A DNA stretch of 50,602 bases, taken from IMG/VR virus record IMGVR_UViG_3300027747_000206, positions 1-50,602 of that record; one strand, written 5' to 3'. Shown in pieces: positions 9,562 through 19,647 of the stretch. Position 1 is the stretch's first letter. Every line of letters begins with the position of its first letter. The notes beneath the pieces were generated by a model that worked only from the letters and a program-made list of their open reading frames with translations, did not search any database and had not been told where the DNA came from. Position numbers and translations under genes: made by a program. This stretch comes from a virus (Duplodnaviria; Caudoviricetes).

Positions 9562-10143
9562 TTATGCTACTGAAGTGAAGTTACCAAAGAATTGTGAATA
9601 AGCATTCACTACTCTAAGCACTACATATGAATCACCCCATGCATTATCTGGATAGGGGGCTATATCAACAACTCTCATATCACCTTGTGATCCACTACCA
9701 ATTGCTGTCGATACACCTAAGGTGCAAGCAGACAAGCCAGTAGTAGTAGAACCTGCAGTTGTATTGGAGAAGTTGTACTCAATACCAATAGAGGTTTGAG
9801 CGATGGTTGCATCTGACTGAATTTCATAAACGATATTGTTATCGTTGTAGAAATAGGCCACACATGAACCTGTGAGGAAAGTAGTACTGGCAGGCCAATA
9901 GTTACTTACACGCCTACGACCAGTAGAATCAGTCCACTCGACACCTGCGAAAGCCCCAGACCATGCGGCTCCTGCTGATGCGACTACGATGACACCTGCT
10001 GATGCACTGTATTTTACTGGCTGACCCTTCAAGATATTTGAAGAATAACCAGACGTAATTCCATTGGCTAACGCCTGAGCACGATCCAGACCAGAGGGGT
10101 GGAACGCAGGACGTAAACCAAATGGAGCGTTAGTTGATGACAT
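9562..10143 (-). CDS. Capsid cement/decoration protein
   Basis: NAPFGLRP N-terminus typical of the gene preceding this capsid type. Confidence 0.65.
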   Translation of the reverse strand: MSSTNAPFGLRPAFHPSGLDRAQALANGITSGYSSNILKGQPVKYSASAGVIVVASAGAAWSGAFAGVEWTDSTGRRRVSNYWPASTTFLTGSCVAYFYNDNNIVYEIQSDATIAQTSIGIEYNFSNTTAGSTTTGLSACTLGVSTAIGSGSQGDMRVVDIAPYPDNAWGDSYVVLRVVNAYSQFFGNFTSVA

Positions 10144-10165
10144 AATAACTCCTTGTTAAAAATCC

Positions 10166-10708
10166 TCACCCATGAAATATGGGATCGGGAACATTTTTTC
10201 GGCTTAACTGCTTTAGACCATCGCCTTCAATGTCAGTAAGACTTCTGCCTGAACTGTCTGTTCCTTGAAGTTGCTCAACTTGGACTCTGATCTTCTCAGC
10301 CTCCTCATTGGGTGCCTCATGGTGCATCTGTAACATCACGTCTTGATAAATGTCCATAGGAAGTTTATACAAGATCATTTCATTACAGGCAATAAAACCA
10401 ATGTGCTCTCCTGCTTTGACTTTGTAATTCTCAAAATGAGGCATCTCGTCTGCTTTCACAGGGATATAACCTAATCTCATACGCTTATCAATGCTATCGT
10501 AGCTGTTGGTAGTTGACAGCCAACACAGATGCCACCCCGGCATCTCAGGTACTTTGGGTAAAGCACTCTGTGTCCATTCCTCACTCCACATCTTGCGACG
10601 CTCTTGTGCGCTCATGAACTTCTCTTCTGGAGGTAATCTAGTGGTATCCTGACTAGCACGACTTTCACGACCACCTGCAGTTAAAGATTTTTTTAAACGT
10701 GATTCCAT
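10166..10708 (-). CDS. Conserved head-module protein
   Basis: Lies between scaffold and capsid genes; PGWHLCWLS...RMRLGYIPV motif. Confidence 0.65.
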   Translation of the reverse strand: MESRLKKSLTAGGRESRASQDTTRLPPEEKFMSAQERRKMWSEEWTQSALPKVPEMPGWHLCWLSTTNSYDSIDKRMRLGYIPVKADEMPHFENYKVKAGEHIGFIACNEMILYKLPMDIYQDVMLQMHHEAPNEEAEKIRVQVEQLQGTDSSGRSLTDIEGDGLKQLSRKNVPDPIFHG

Positions 10709-10724
10709 TTGTTTGATTCCTTAG

Positions 10725-11666
10725 TTAAGTGTTATTTCTAGCTTCTTGGGCATATCGCTTGATCATCTTGGCTCTCTTCTGAGGATCATCCCAGAAACCT
10801 GCATCTTTCATCGCTCGAACCTGTTCGGGTCTTAGCGTGATTTGAGTTCGGTTAGAAGAACCATAAACAGTCTCACGTCCAGTGCCAGTCTGCACACTCC
10901 TTGGTCTCTTAACAAACGGTTTACCGTCCATATCGTCATTGTATCTAGGGTTGATACGCTTTGACAAGCGATTATCTAACTCATCCCAATATTCGGAATC
11001 AGAAGGATTCCAACCCTCTTTGACGAGGTCTTCGTCAATTACTTTGGCGATTCTTGAATCGGTATCAGTCCCATTGGGGTTGTACCAAGAATTCCTCTCC
11101 ATCCAGTCAGATGCGTGCTTCTGAACCTTTGGATCAGGAATATTGTTAGTTTGACGTGGTCTGACCTGAGCATCTTTAAAGCCTTTTAAGTCTCTAATAG
11201 CTGTCCTAGTCTCGTCCCACATCTCTTGTGCTTTGTTAAAAGCATCACCATCACTTACTTGCATGGCCTCAGACATCTTCATCTTGGCATACTGCAATCT
11301 AAGCTCTTGGTCTTCAATAGCCTTGTCTATACGAGCTAAGTCTGCACTGTGGGTTTTGTGCTCCACAACTGCTAGACGCCCCATAAGAGCCTCGTTTTGT
11401 CTTCTAAGAAGGTTCAGTTGGGCTTCCTTCTCGCTAGAAGTGGCTTTGGCTATCTCTTTCTTGTACCTACGCTTTGCTCGTCTAGCATCACGAATGGCTT
11501 GGGTGTCATCTGGATGGTCTTCTCCACCATCATCAGGAACTGAACCACCCTCAGCCTTTTGTTCTTCTTCCTCAGGCATTAAATCCTCAGGAAGATCGAC
11601 CAATGCTGAACCATCAACCTTTTCTTTTACGTTAATGTCTAACTTTTCTGTTGTTTCTGTGCTCAT
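10725..11666 (-). CDS. Capsid scaffolding protein
   Basis: Acidic N-terminus, coiled coil, WMERNSWY and YWDELDNRL motifs, basic C-terminal helix; between portal and capsid. Confidence 0.7.
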   Translation of the reverse strand: MSTETTEKLDINVKEKVDGSALVDLPEDLMPEEEEQKAEGGSVPDDGGEDHPDDTQAIRDARRAKRRYKKEIAKATSSEKEAQLNLLRRQNEALMGRLAVVEHKTHSADLARIDKAIEDQELRLQYAKMKMSEAMQVSDGDAFNKAQEMWDETRTAIRDLKGFKDAQVRPRQTNNIPDPKVQKHASDWMERNSWYNPNGTDTDSRIAKVIDEDLVKEGWNPSDSEYWDELDNRLSKRINPRYNDDMDGKPFVKRPRSVQTGTGRETVYGSSNRTQITLRPEQVRAMKDAGFWDDPQKRAKMIKRYAQEARNNT

Positions 11667-12094
11667 ATGAACGCCCTCATTGCTAGTGGATCACAAGTGA
11701 CTTTGGCTATGACTTCGTGGTCGTTTAGGATCATGAACAAGGCTTTATCCTCGTCTTTTTCACCCTCAACTTCAACTTCCCACCTGTCACCACCCCATTT
11801 TGGGACACGGATGTAGTCTCCAACCTCACACCATGAGCCTTCAGGCCAACCTTGCATAGTGTCTCGGTTTTTGAATGCTAGAGGGCCAATCTCAATGACC
11901 TTAGCTACCATGTTTTGCCACTTTTCAGTCTCTTTGGTCTCTGAAACCAAAATGATCCCTGCACTAGTCGTTCTCGTCTTAGTTCTTCTGAGTTGAACTA
12001 AGATTCTTCCACCTAATGGCTTCGCTCCCGGATCTACAACTGGAAAGGCCCAATTTATCTCAGCTTCGCTAGAAGCTACGGTGCTATCGCTCAT
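11663..12094 (-). CDS. groES: GroES/Cpn10-like co-chaperonin
   Basis: KPLGGRILVQ...TSAGIIL...AKVIEIGP...VGDYI...ILNDHEVIAKV matches the Cpn10 pattern. Confidence 0.85.
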   Translation of the reverse strand: MSDSTVASSEAEINWAFPVVDPGAKPLGGRILVQLRRTKTRTTSAGIILVSETKETEKWQNMVAKVIEIGPLAFKNRDTMQGWPEGSWCEVGDYIRVPKWGGDRWEVEVEGEKDEDKALFMILNDHEVIAKVTCDPLAMRAFI

Positions 12095-12278
12095 TCTCTT
12101 TTTCCTCTTCTTGATCTAACAAGTTGTTAATGGCATCCAAAACTTCTTGGTGCCCCAAATAAATACCCACCATACGTTGGTACGCTTCCCATGTAGAAGC
12201 ATTTCCTGCTCCAAGAGAAAAAGCTATTTCAGCTTGGCGTGCCTTAGTAACGCTGATGACTTGAGTTATAGAGATCAT
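12084..12278 (-). CDS. Small helical head-module protein
   Basis: 64-aa ORF overlapping the groES start (WEAYQRMVG motif). Confidence 0.7.
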   Translation of the reverse strand: MISITQVISVTKARQAEIAFSLGAGNASTWEAYQRMVGIYLGHQEVLDAINNLLDQEEEKENER

Positions 12279-12431
12279 TTATTTTTTCTTTGCTTGTGCT
12301 AGTCCTCCTTGTGGTTTAGTTGGCTTTGTATCGCCTTTGCCCTTTAAAGATGTGCCATCAAGCTTTTCGCCCATAGCGATACGCTTGTGTTGACGAACTA
12401 ATTCGCCTTTTTGCTCTGCATCACTAGACAT
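12279..12431 (-). CDS. Small basic protein (50 aa)
   Basis: Hand-translated MSSDAEQKGELVRQHKRIAMGE...AKKK. GGAGG RBS; fills the gap after portal. Confidence 0.65.
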   Translation of the reverse strand: MSSDAEQKGELVRQHKRIAMGEKLDGTSLKGKGDTKPTKPQGGLAQAKKK

Positions 12432-14982
12432 TTTGTCCTCCTAGAAAGTTCTGAGCTTGGTTTTCAAGTCCCAGTGCAGTTTTCACCTGCTCGTGTTGCA
12501 ATTTGCCCCCTTCATGGGTCAATTTTGCAGATTCAATACGCTCTTTGGTGCGGTTATCTTCAGTATTTATAGCTAAATCCATCTGTTTTTCAGCCATAAA
12601 CTTGTCAGCATCAGCTTTTAGCTTGGCTTGTTCCAATTGTTGGCTATTAACTAGCTTGGCTTGAGCCATTTGAGCGTCAACTTGGTCTTTTTGTGCCCTA
12701 CGCTGTGTCTCAGCCATAGAAGTTTGCACCAAAGCCTGAGCGTCAGCGTCCATTGGGGGCTGTGCTTGCTGTTTTAATTGCTGAATTTGTTGCATCATCT
12801 GTTGGAAAATGGGCATAACGTGGGCAAATGTCTGCTCAGAGTCTTGTTGGACGTGCTGAGAGGCCAATGCATACAGTTTGTCAGCCTTGGGAGTAATCTC
12901 AGGGTTGTCGTAGTCAATCATCTTGCCCCTCATGGCCTTCTCAACATACTCATTCATCCTAGATTGATACCACATACCAAAGTGTTGTTGTATATGAGTG
13001 ACCATAGGTTGTATCAAAGAAGGCATGATCAATGGGTTTGCACCACCAAACACTGGATTTTGATAGAAATCTAAGTGACTTTGTATGTGAGCAAGGTGAT
13101 CTTGGGTGTCATATGCTTTAGCAGGCTGACCAGTCATCATCAAGACATTCTCTTGTGAGCTATCAATCATGTCCTCTACAGGCTCCATGATCATTAACTC
13201 ATTGATCTGAGGTATCTTCATCTGCTTCAAAAATCGCTCAAGCACTGCCTTTTGGTTAAAAGCTTGTGGGTACTGAGCCATGATGGACATCACAGCCTGA
13301 GTCTGAGCCATTCTCTGGGTTTCAGAGAAAATATGTGGATCAGAGACTGGTATAACATCAGTGTTTCGCTTGAAGTCTTCCCTATGGATGTCCAAGTCAA
13401 CGACCATCTCACCACGTCTTTGGTCATCTAGATACCATCTATTCAGCCTACCCAAAACTTTCAAGACACGAGCTTGTGACTCGTGCAATCGGGCATGGAT
13501 GGCTGAGTAGACGTGAGCACCTTGTTCGATAAGGGCTTGGGCTGTTCCTACAGGCATATTGTTGCCTGCTTCTGCAATCTTCTCTTCTGAGGTGGACACC
13601 ACCCCTTTAGCCGCATTTGTGAGCCAACCCAACAACTCCATCAGCACTGGGCTAGGAGGATTAAAAGGCATGGGCATGGCTATCTTGCGTACATCGTCAA
13701 CGCCCGGGGCACCCTCAATCTCAGCCACCTGAGTGACCTCAACTTGTTGGGTTTGACCAGACATCCTCGCACCCTTGATCTTCAACATTGTTGCTGAATT
13801 GTTGATATGTGCAGAGTCTAGGAGAGCACGAAGCGATCCTGTGAGAGCCGCAGACAGTCCCCCAATGAGATGAGGCAATCCAATCGCATAAGCTCCACGC
13901 CAAGGTATGAACTTGAACTCTATAAGCCAATCCAACTTGGTCATGGTCTCATCGCCCTCTTCCCAATTCCGATAGAGGCCAACGCACTTCATGTCTAACT
14001 CATCAATCATCATGATGTAAGGAGCAGTCTCGCCCTTAGTGCGTCTGTCTTCATCCATCTCTAGCCATGTATAGATGTGGAATACGTTCCTGACTCCATC
14101 GTCATTGTCTTGAAATTTCTTACCTTCGATCTTGGCGTTTGCTTTTTCAGCGTAGCTCATCTCAGGCTCTGCAGACGCTCTGATCATACTGATGTCTCTG
14201 TAGAGACCTGAGTCCACCCTTCGTTGGAACTCCCAAGAGGTAATGGTATTGACCTCAGTCACCCTTTGGGCAGTGTAGAAGTTGCCTGAGGCATAGGGTA
14301 GGTAGATGTTATCTATGGGCACAAACTCTGTACAGGGACGTTTTTTGCCTTCGTCATACCACATTTTGAGGTACTGTGAGCCACCAAGAGGAAGTTGGGT
14401 CAGTAACTGCTCTTGTTCGTCCCTGAACTCTTCGATTTGCTCTGTTAACTGCCAGTTCATGTAGTCACGTTTACGCTCTGCTACTTCAACTTTCTTCTTG
14501 TCAACATCACCAATAATCTTTGTTCTAGTTGGGCCATCAGGTGGGAACATCTCCTTGATGGCTCTGGAGGCAAAGTCTACGCAAGCCTCAGCCATGATGG
14601 GATGGACTACCTTGGAAGCTCCGAGGAAGTTAGCCCCTCCGGGGGCATCCTTACCCAACCCTGTTCTCTTCAATCCTTCTTCGTACTGTTTGTCTCGCTC
14701 CTCACGACTCTGCTTGTCGTTCTCTACGAGGTCTACATAACGCATAGCAATACGGTTTAGCTCATAGGGATCAAACTCCTCAGCCAAGTTTTGGTAGAAG
14801 TCCTCGTCCTCCTCAGGGCCTTGGTAGTCATCAGTCGTGATAATTGCAGAGCCATCAGGCAGTTCCTCGATGTCCATCTCTTCCTCAGGTAGGTCAACAG
14901 TGACGCTACCATCCTCTGCAGGCTCAGACACGCCATCGACAAAGCGTTGGTAGTCTTGTTCAATAGGCATTTCAGTAGCCAT
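12424..14982 (-). CDS. Portal protein
   Basis: 852 aa, with Gln-rich C-terminal coiled barrel as in P22-type portals; downstream of terminase. Confidence 0.9.
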   Translation of the reverse strand: MATEMPIEQDYQRFVDGVSEPAEDGSVTVDLPEEEMDIEELPDGSAIITTDDYQGPEEDEDFYQNLAEEFDPYELNRIAMRYVDLVENDKQSREERDKQYEEGLKRTGLGKDAPGGANFLGASKVVHPIMAEACVDFASRAIKEMFPPDGPTRTKIIGDVDKKKVEVAERKRDYMNWQLTEQIEEFRDEQEQLLTQLPLGGSQYLKMWYDEGKKRPCTEFVPIDNIYLPYASGNFYTAQRVTEVNTITSWEFQRRVDSGLYRDISMIRASAEPEMSYAEKANAKIEGKKFQDNDDGVRNVFHIYTWLEMDEDRRTKGETAPYIMMIDELDMKCVGLYRNWEEGDETMTKLDWLIEFKFIPWRGAYAIGLPHLIGGLSAALTGSLRALLDSAHINNSATMLKIKGARMSGQTQQVEVTQVAEIEGAPGVDDVRKIAMPMPFNPPSPVLMELLGWLTNAAKGVVSTSEEKIAEAGNNMPVGTAQALIEQGAHVYSAIHARLHESQARVLKVLGRLNRWYLDDQRRGEMVVDLDIHREDFKRNTDVIPVSDPHIFSETQRMAQTQAVMSIMAQYPQAFNQKAVLERFLKQMKIPQINELMIMEPVEDMIDSSQENVLMMTGQPAKAYDTQDHLAHIQSHLDFYQNPVFGGANPLIMPSLIQPMVTHIQQHFGMWYQSRMNEYVEKAMRGKMIDYDNPEITPKADKLYALASQHVQQDSEQTFAHVMPIFQQMMQQIQQLKQQAQPPMDADAQALVQTSMAETQRRAQKDQVDAQMAQAKLVNSQQLEQAKLKADADKFMAEKQMDLAINTEDNRTKERIESAKLTHEGGKLQHEQVKTALGLENQAQNFLGGQNV

Positions 14983-14984
14983 AA

Positions 14985-17072
14985 TTATTTCCTTTTAATC
15001 CATGTATCTGGTGTCATATGGTGCTTTGCAACAAAGTCATCGTGTAGCTTTTGTGGTGGTATTTTGTGTTCTTTAGATATGTGTGCCATTAACTTGTCTA
15101 TTGAGTGATAGTCTGTCTTAGGTAAGGCAGGCAGATTGGTCTCTAAGCTAAGGACTGCACCACCTTTAGCTAACTTCCTGTCTGCCAGTTCCATAAACAT
15201 GGTGTCAGGGTTACTACTGATAGACACACTTCCACCACGTTTCATTTCAGGCTCAGGCTGTGCTTCTCTAATTGCTTCTGCACCTAAGATTGGCAAAGGC
15301 AAATGGCCTCCATAATAAAGCTCACGCCAATCACTTTTTTTCATTACTGGAGAATTAGCTTGTGTGTATCCTGCATTCTTATGTGCTTGCAATGCATCAG
15401 CCATTTCAGACCATGATTGCCTTGGAAGCTTTCTAAAGTCTGGGTGGGCAAACTCATGGGGTTCAATACGCCCACGATACATATCCCATTTACGCCATTG
15501 CTCAGGAAACAACTCTAATATTGGATTTTGACCTCTTGACTGATCAACATAATCAACTACTTTGCTGTAGAAAGGATTGAAATCTTGAAATGTTTTAGGC
15601 TCATAAGCAAGTTTTTCTGGTGTTGCAACACTAGGAATATCATTGAGTTCACCACTCTTCAATCTATACATTCTTCCCATTTGTGTGCCACCAATTACGT
15701 TTATGGCGGCATCTTCTACTTTATTAGGATCTGCTTCTAATATTGCTTTTGTAGTAGGTTTAGTACCCAAAAGTGCTGACATTCTTCCCCTAAATGCCTC
15801 ACCCACATCTGGATCATCCAACATTTGTTTATATGAGTTTCTGATCATATGCAAGTCAACAGCAGAAGTGTTGGCCTTTTCGAGGTCTAACCATGGTGTA
15901 CCTAAAGATGCAGTCTTTGGCCCAAGACCCGGCACCTGATTCATAACCCTTGTGGTCACATCCCTCATAGTCTCATTAGGCTGAAGCTTAAACATTTCAG
16001 GTTTATCTAATATTAACTTAGCCAATACTGCCTGATTACCTAAATCTGCTGTACCTGAAACACCCATACCACCACGACCTGCGGCTCCAGTGCCCAATTG
16101 CAAATCAGCAGTCTTAGATAAGTTTGGCTCTCCAACACGACCTGCTAAAGCCTTTAGCTCATCCATGTTCACAAGTCTAGCTCTTTGTGCTAAGAACTCG
16201 TTGGGAGTCAATGGAGCATTTGGAGACAATAGAGCAAAGTTCAGCCTATTGAACATATCCACTTCATCTGGATTTTCAATCTTATGCGTCCTAATGAACT
16301 TCTTCATCAATTGATCATGCACATCTTTGGGCAAAGAATTTGGATCAATATTCATTGCCTTGATCTTGAACATATCAGGTATGGTAAAAGTGCCCTCAAG
16401 ACCGCCGGGAATCTTCACCTCTCTGCCCGTAGTCAAGTCAGATATACCAAGTGGCACATCAGGGCTGACACTCATATTGACACCATGCTTGGCACCCCAT
16501 TCAGCCCATTCTTTCTCAGAGGCTTTAGGGCCGGGGGTTCTTGCAGGCTCTGCCCTATATCTATTTCTATTTGCCAATGCTTCTTCTACTGAGCTAACAG
16601 GTATTTGCTCCAATCCCTTGGCCTTAAAAACAGGGTTTGTCATCATAGAACGAGCAATGTCTTCTTCTTTACCTGTAAGCTTGGCAACTTCTTTCATCGA
16701 TCTAGGAATGCCACCACTCTCTTGAATTTGCTCAAAAGCCTTTTGATAAGCATCAAATTCCGAGGGACGGAGACCTAATGACTTTGCTGTTTTAGGCTTA
16801 ATCACACCTGCATTCATGTCCATCATGGAATTGGTCGCTTTGTCAGCCAATTCATTGAATGCTTGTCTATTTGTGATTTTGAGTGGATTGCGTGAATCAC
16901 CAAAAGCTTGGTTATGCAAGTCTGCAATTTGCTTTTGATTGTCAATGAGTTGACCAGAAGCTTGTTGCACCACTCCAGATGGATTAGACAAAAGGTCTTT
17001 GAGTTGGCGTTTAGCCCTATCGCCAAAGGAATAAATAGCGGGCAAGACACCGCTTAGTAGTGCATCAGCCAT
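14985..17072 (-). CDS. Multidomain protein with HhH-GPD-superfamily DNA glycosylase/lyase-like domain
   Basis: FALLSPN...VPGLGPKTAS (helix-hairpin-helix with Lys)...SAVDLHMIR (conserved Asp); C-terminal MKRGG/LAKGG. Confidence 0.7.
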   Translation of the reverse strand: MADALLSGVLPAIYSFGDRAKRQLKDLLSNPSGVVQQASGQLIDNQKQIADLHNQAFGDSRNPLKITNRQAFNELADKATNSMMDMNAGVIKPKTAKSLGLRPSEFDAYQKAFEQIQESGGIPRSMKEVAKLTGKEEDIARSMMTNPVFKAKGLEQIPVSSVEEALANRNRYRAEPARTPGPKASEKEWAEWGAKHGVNMSVSPDVPLGISDLTTGREVKIPGGLEGTFTIPDMFKIKAMNIDPNSLPKDVHDQLMKKFIRTHKIENPDEVDMFNRLNFALLSPNAPLTPNEFLAQRARLVNMDELKALAGRVGEPNLSKTADLQLGTGAAGRGGMGVSGTADLGNQAVLAKLILDKPEMFKLQPNETMRDVTTRVMNQVPGLGPKTASLGTPWLDLEKANTSAVDLHMIRNSYKQMLDDPDVGEAFRGRMSALLGTKPTTKAILEADPNKVEDAAINVIGGTQMGRMYRLKSGELNDIPSVATPEKLAYEPKTFQDFNPFYSKVVDYVDQSRGQNPILELFPEQWRKWDMYRGRIEPHEFAHPDFRKLPRQSWSEMADALQAHKNAGYTQANSPVMKKSDWRELYYGGHLPLPILGAEAIREAQPEPEMKRGGSVSISSNPDTMFMELADRKLAKGGAVLSLETNLPALPKTDYHSIDKLMAHISKEHKIPPQKLHDDFVAKHHMTPDTWIKRK

Positions 17073-17100
17073 TCTGACCTCGTAGGGTGGGAATACACCT

Positions 17101-17129
17101 ATTATGACTAGGGTTTGGGTTTTGGTCTA
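17101..17129 (-). promoter_or_regulatory. Putative sigma70-like promoter for the head operon
   Basis: TAGACC-17 bp-CATAAT in the terL/cargo intergenic gap. Confidence 0.45.
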
Positions 17130-17131
17130 CC

Positions 17132-18568
17132 TTACTGTGCATAGGGGTTGCCTTTGGACTTAGCCATTCCTGAGTCCACATAATCGTCTTCATCGTAGTC
17201 ATCTGGCCTTGGCCCATCAACATCTAACCATCCAGTGTCCCTTAGGAACCTCAAAGCTTGGGTCATGGCATCTACATAATCATCGTGAGCAGACTCAGGG
17301 AAGGCGCAGACTTGGCTGACCATGCCTTCTGCCCAGTCTTTGACAAAGCCCTTGTTCTTACCACTCTCAGGTATCCAGACTCGACCATGAACTATGACAG
17401 GGCTGACCACATTGAGCCTTTGGACTTTGTCGATGCGACCCGGGTTATAAGCCCGAACAGGCAAATGTGCTCTCTGAAGGTCTTGGATCAACTGAATGCC
17501 TGCTGACTTGTCCTCCACTAGTATCAAGTCCACCCTCTTCTTGTCCTTACCCTCGCCAAACACCACCTCGAACTCTTCTTTGACCTTGGGGCGTAGATCA
17601 GGGTACTGGAGTCTATCTTGCCAACAGTCGATCACCATGGCACTCATTGGGCCATCAGTGGGTTTAAAGACTCCAAGGGTTATACAAGCAGTGGCATCGT
17701 TCTGAGTCTTCTCTGAGGTTGCACAGTCGTAGCTTTGGACAATGTACTCAAACTTAGGGAAAGCTTTACCAGAAGGCCAAAGCTTGAACATAGACCTCTT
17801 AATGATGCCAGTGTCCTCAGGATCTAGGATTTCAGCATAAATCTCTTGTTTTCCTAATTTGGTGCCTTCGTATTGGAGGATCTGCTTTCTGAATGAGGGT
17901 GCTAAGTTAGCTAGGTTAGTGTAGGTCGAGGCTGTGGTCACCACCACATCATCCCCATCCCTACCTACCAAGTCCACGATCAAGTCCTTTGGTCTAGGCG
18001 TAGTGGTGCAGATTATCCTTGTCTTGGCGCCTAGGCGTACTGCAAACTGGATTTGATCCCAAGCGTCTGTGATGTAGTCCCATGCGGCTAACTCATCGCA
18101 CCAAGCACCATGCCACTGGCCTCCCCTGAAACGCTCAGGCTCTGAGGCAGGGATACCCTTCAGTAAGGAGCCATTGGTCAGGTAAAGCTCGTGAAAGCTC
18201 TTGTTGTAGTCTTTGATCAATTCTTGGGGGATAACATTCAGGAGTCCAGAGTCCCCCTCAAACATGGTTCCCCTCACGTCACTAGAGGTAGGGCCTGCAC
18301 ATAGCCACCTAGAGTTAGGAGTCTCCCATGCCCACCTTCCAATTGTTTCTGACGCTGTTCTGGTCTTCCCTGCCCCCCTACCTGCTAATAGGAGCCAAAT
18401 GTTCCACCAATCCCCTGAAGGGACAATCTGATGGTCATGGGCGTTGGCTAACCAACTCATGTGCCATTTGAAGGCTGTAAGCTCCTCTAGGGATAAATGA
18501 TTTAGGTTTGCCTGAAGTTCTGGGTTCTCTAAGTATTCTTGAATGTCATCCAGAATGTCAGTCTGCAT
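17132..18568 (-). CDS. terL: Terminase large subunit
   Basis: Walker A LAGRGAGKT, Walker B AWCDE, TTTP coupling motif, nuclease HDDYVDA. Confidence 0.95.
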   Translation of the reverse strand: MQTDILDDIQEYLENPELQANLNHLSLEELTAFKWHMSWLANAHDHQIVPSGDWWNIWLLLAGRGAGKTRTASETIGRWAWETPNSRWLCAGPTSSDVRGTMFEGDSGLLNVIPQELIKDYNKSFHELYLTNGSLLKGIPASEPERFRGGQWHGAWCDELAAWDYITDAWDQIQFAVRLGAKTRIICTTTPRPKDLIVDLVGRDGDDVVVTTASTYTNLANLAPSFRKQILQYEGTKLGKQEIYAEILDPEDTGIIKRSMFKLWPSGKAFPKFEYIVQSYDCATSEKTQNDATACITLGVFKPTDGPMSAMVIDCWQDRLQYPDLRPKVKEEFEVVFGEGKDKKRVDLILVEDKSAGIQLIQDLQRAHLPVRAYNPGRIDKVQRLNVVSPVIVHGRVWIPESGKNKGFVKDWAEGMVSQVCAFPESAHDDYVDAMTQALRFLRDTGWLDVDGPRPDDYDEDDYVDSGMAKSKGNPYAQ

Positions 18569-18905
18569 TTTTCAACTGACGCTTGAGTTCGATGTTCTTA
18601 ACCAAGTCAGCCACCACTTCCTTGGCTTTGACATCTATCGTCATATGACCATCCACTTGACCAGTGTGATCTAAACGAGCTAGTTTGGGAATGTGATACT
18701 CCACTACGCTCTGGAAGAGTTCAAAGGCTTTGGCAGGATTGGGCTTGATCTCATACTCTGGGTCTCCATCAGCTACCTTGTCGAGCCACTCAGTGAGCCT
18801 ATGAGCGTTTCCATCCACAAATGAAGCTATGGCCTGCCTAGCCTCTTGCGTAGCCTTGTTGGGCGTTCCTACCTGTCTACCACCTGTTTTCTGACCTACT
18901 GTCAT
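18558..18905 (-). CDS. terS: Terminase small subunit
   Basis: KTGGRQVGTPNK N-terminus; overlaps the terL start. Confidence 0.8.
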   Translation of the reverse strand: MTVGQKTGGRQVGTPNKATQEARQAIASFVDGNAHRLTEWLDKVADGDPEYEIKPNPAKAFELFQSVVEYHIPKLARLDHTGQVDGHMTIDVKAKEVVADLVKNIELKRQLKNAD

Positions 18906-19020
18906 GACATTACCTCTAAGTTAATCTACTTCAGATAAATTAGTGGATGCTAACAATAATATTGGGTCATTGTTGCATTCCCTATCTAAAGTCTTATGCA
19001 GTATGTAGTTTAAATGATTA

Positions 19021-19302
19021 TTATCCTTGTAGCAATCTCTTTTGTAATGATTTATTGGTCTCTTTGAGTTCTTCGAGCTTTGTACTTGTTTCTGAGAGTT
19101 TGTTTTCGAGGAACTGAAGTCTTGCTTGGGCGTACTGTACCCAATTCATCCACTCTAAATCGCTGACCTCTTCTGTTTTTGGAGTTTTTGGTACTGGTGC
19201 CTTAGTAGTCTTTGCGTCAACTACAATTTGAGTTGGAACCATTATTTTGGATTTTTTTATTAAAGGAGTCTTAATTGATTCAATAGTCGATGTTTTTGTC
19301 AT
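19021..19302 (-). CDS. Hypothetical protein with C-terminal coiled coil
   Basis: GGAG RBS and an upstream TGgTATAAT extended -10. Confidence 0.6.
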   Translation of the reverse strand: MTKTSTIESIKTPLIKKSKIMVPTQIVVDAKTTKAPVPKTPKTEEVSDLEWMNWVQYAQARLQFLENKLSETSTKLEELKETNKSLQKRLLQG

Positions 19303-19335
19303 CTTTAGTTCTCCAAATTATACCACAAATGTTAT

Positions 19336-19617
19336 TTACTGTCTCTGAGAAGGTATGCGATTTCTTATGGCCTCTACAGCATTCTTGAGGGCTGTGCATA
19401 CCTCACCTTCATCTTCTAAGTCTGCCAAGCTTTGAACCCTCTCTGCACAAGCCTCACGCTCAATCATTACTGCTGTCTTTGAAGTATCAATAGCTACTGC
19501 CATGATCTCTGCCATCTTTTGGCTTAACTTTTCGTTAAACTCGTGCTCAGTGAATAACTGCTGACCAGTCCCTTTAGCTAAAAACTGCCTTTGGAAGTCG
19601 CTCATTGGTTTGCTCAT
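19336..19617 (-). CDS. Hypothetical phage protein (EREACA motif)
   Basis: ORF in the early-gene train. Confidence 0.65.
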   Translation of the reverse strand: MSKPMSDFQRQFLAKGTGQQLFTEHEFNEKLSQKMAEIMAVAIDTSKTAVMIEREACAERVQSLADLEDEGEVCTALKNAVEAIRNRIPSQRQ

Positions 19618-19647
19618 TTGCCATCCCTTAATCTTTTGTTAATTGTA

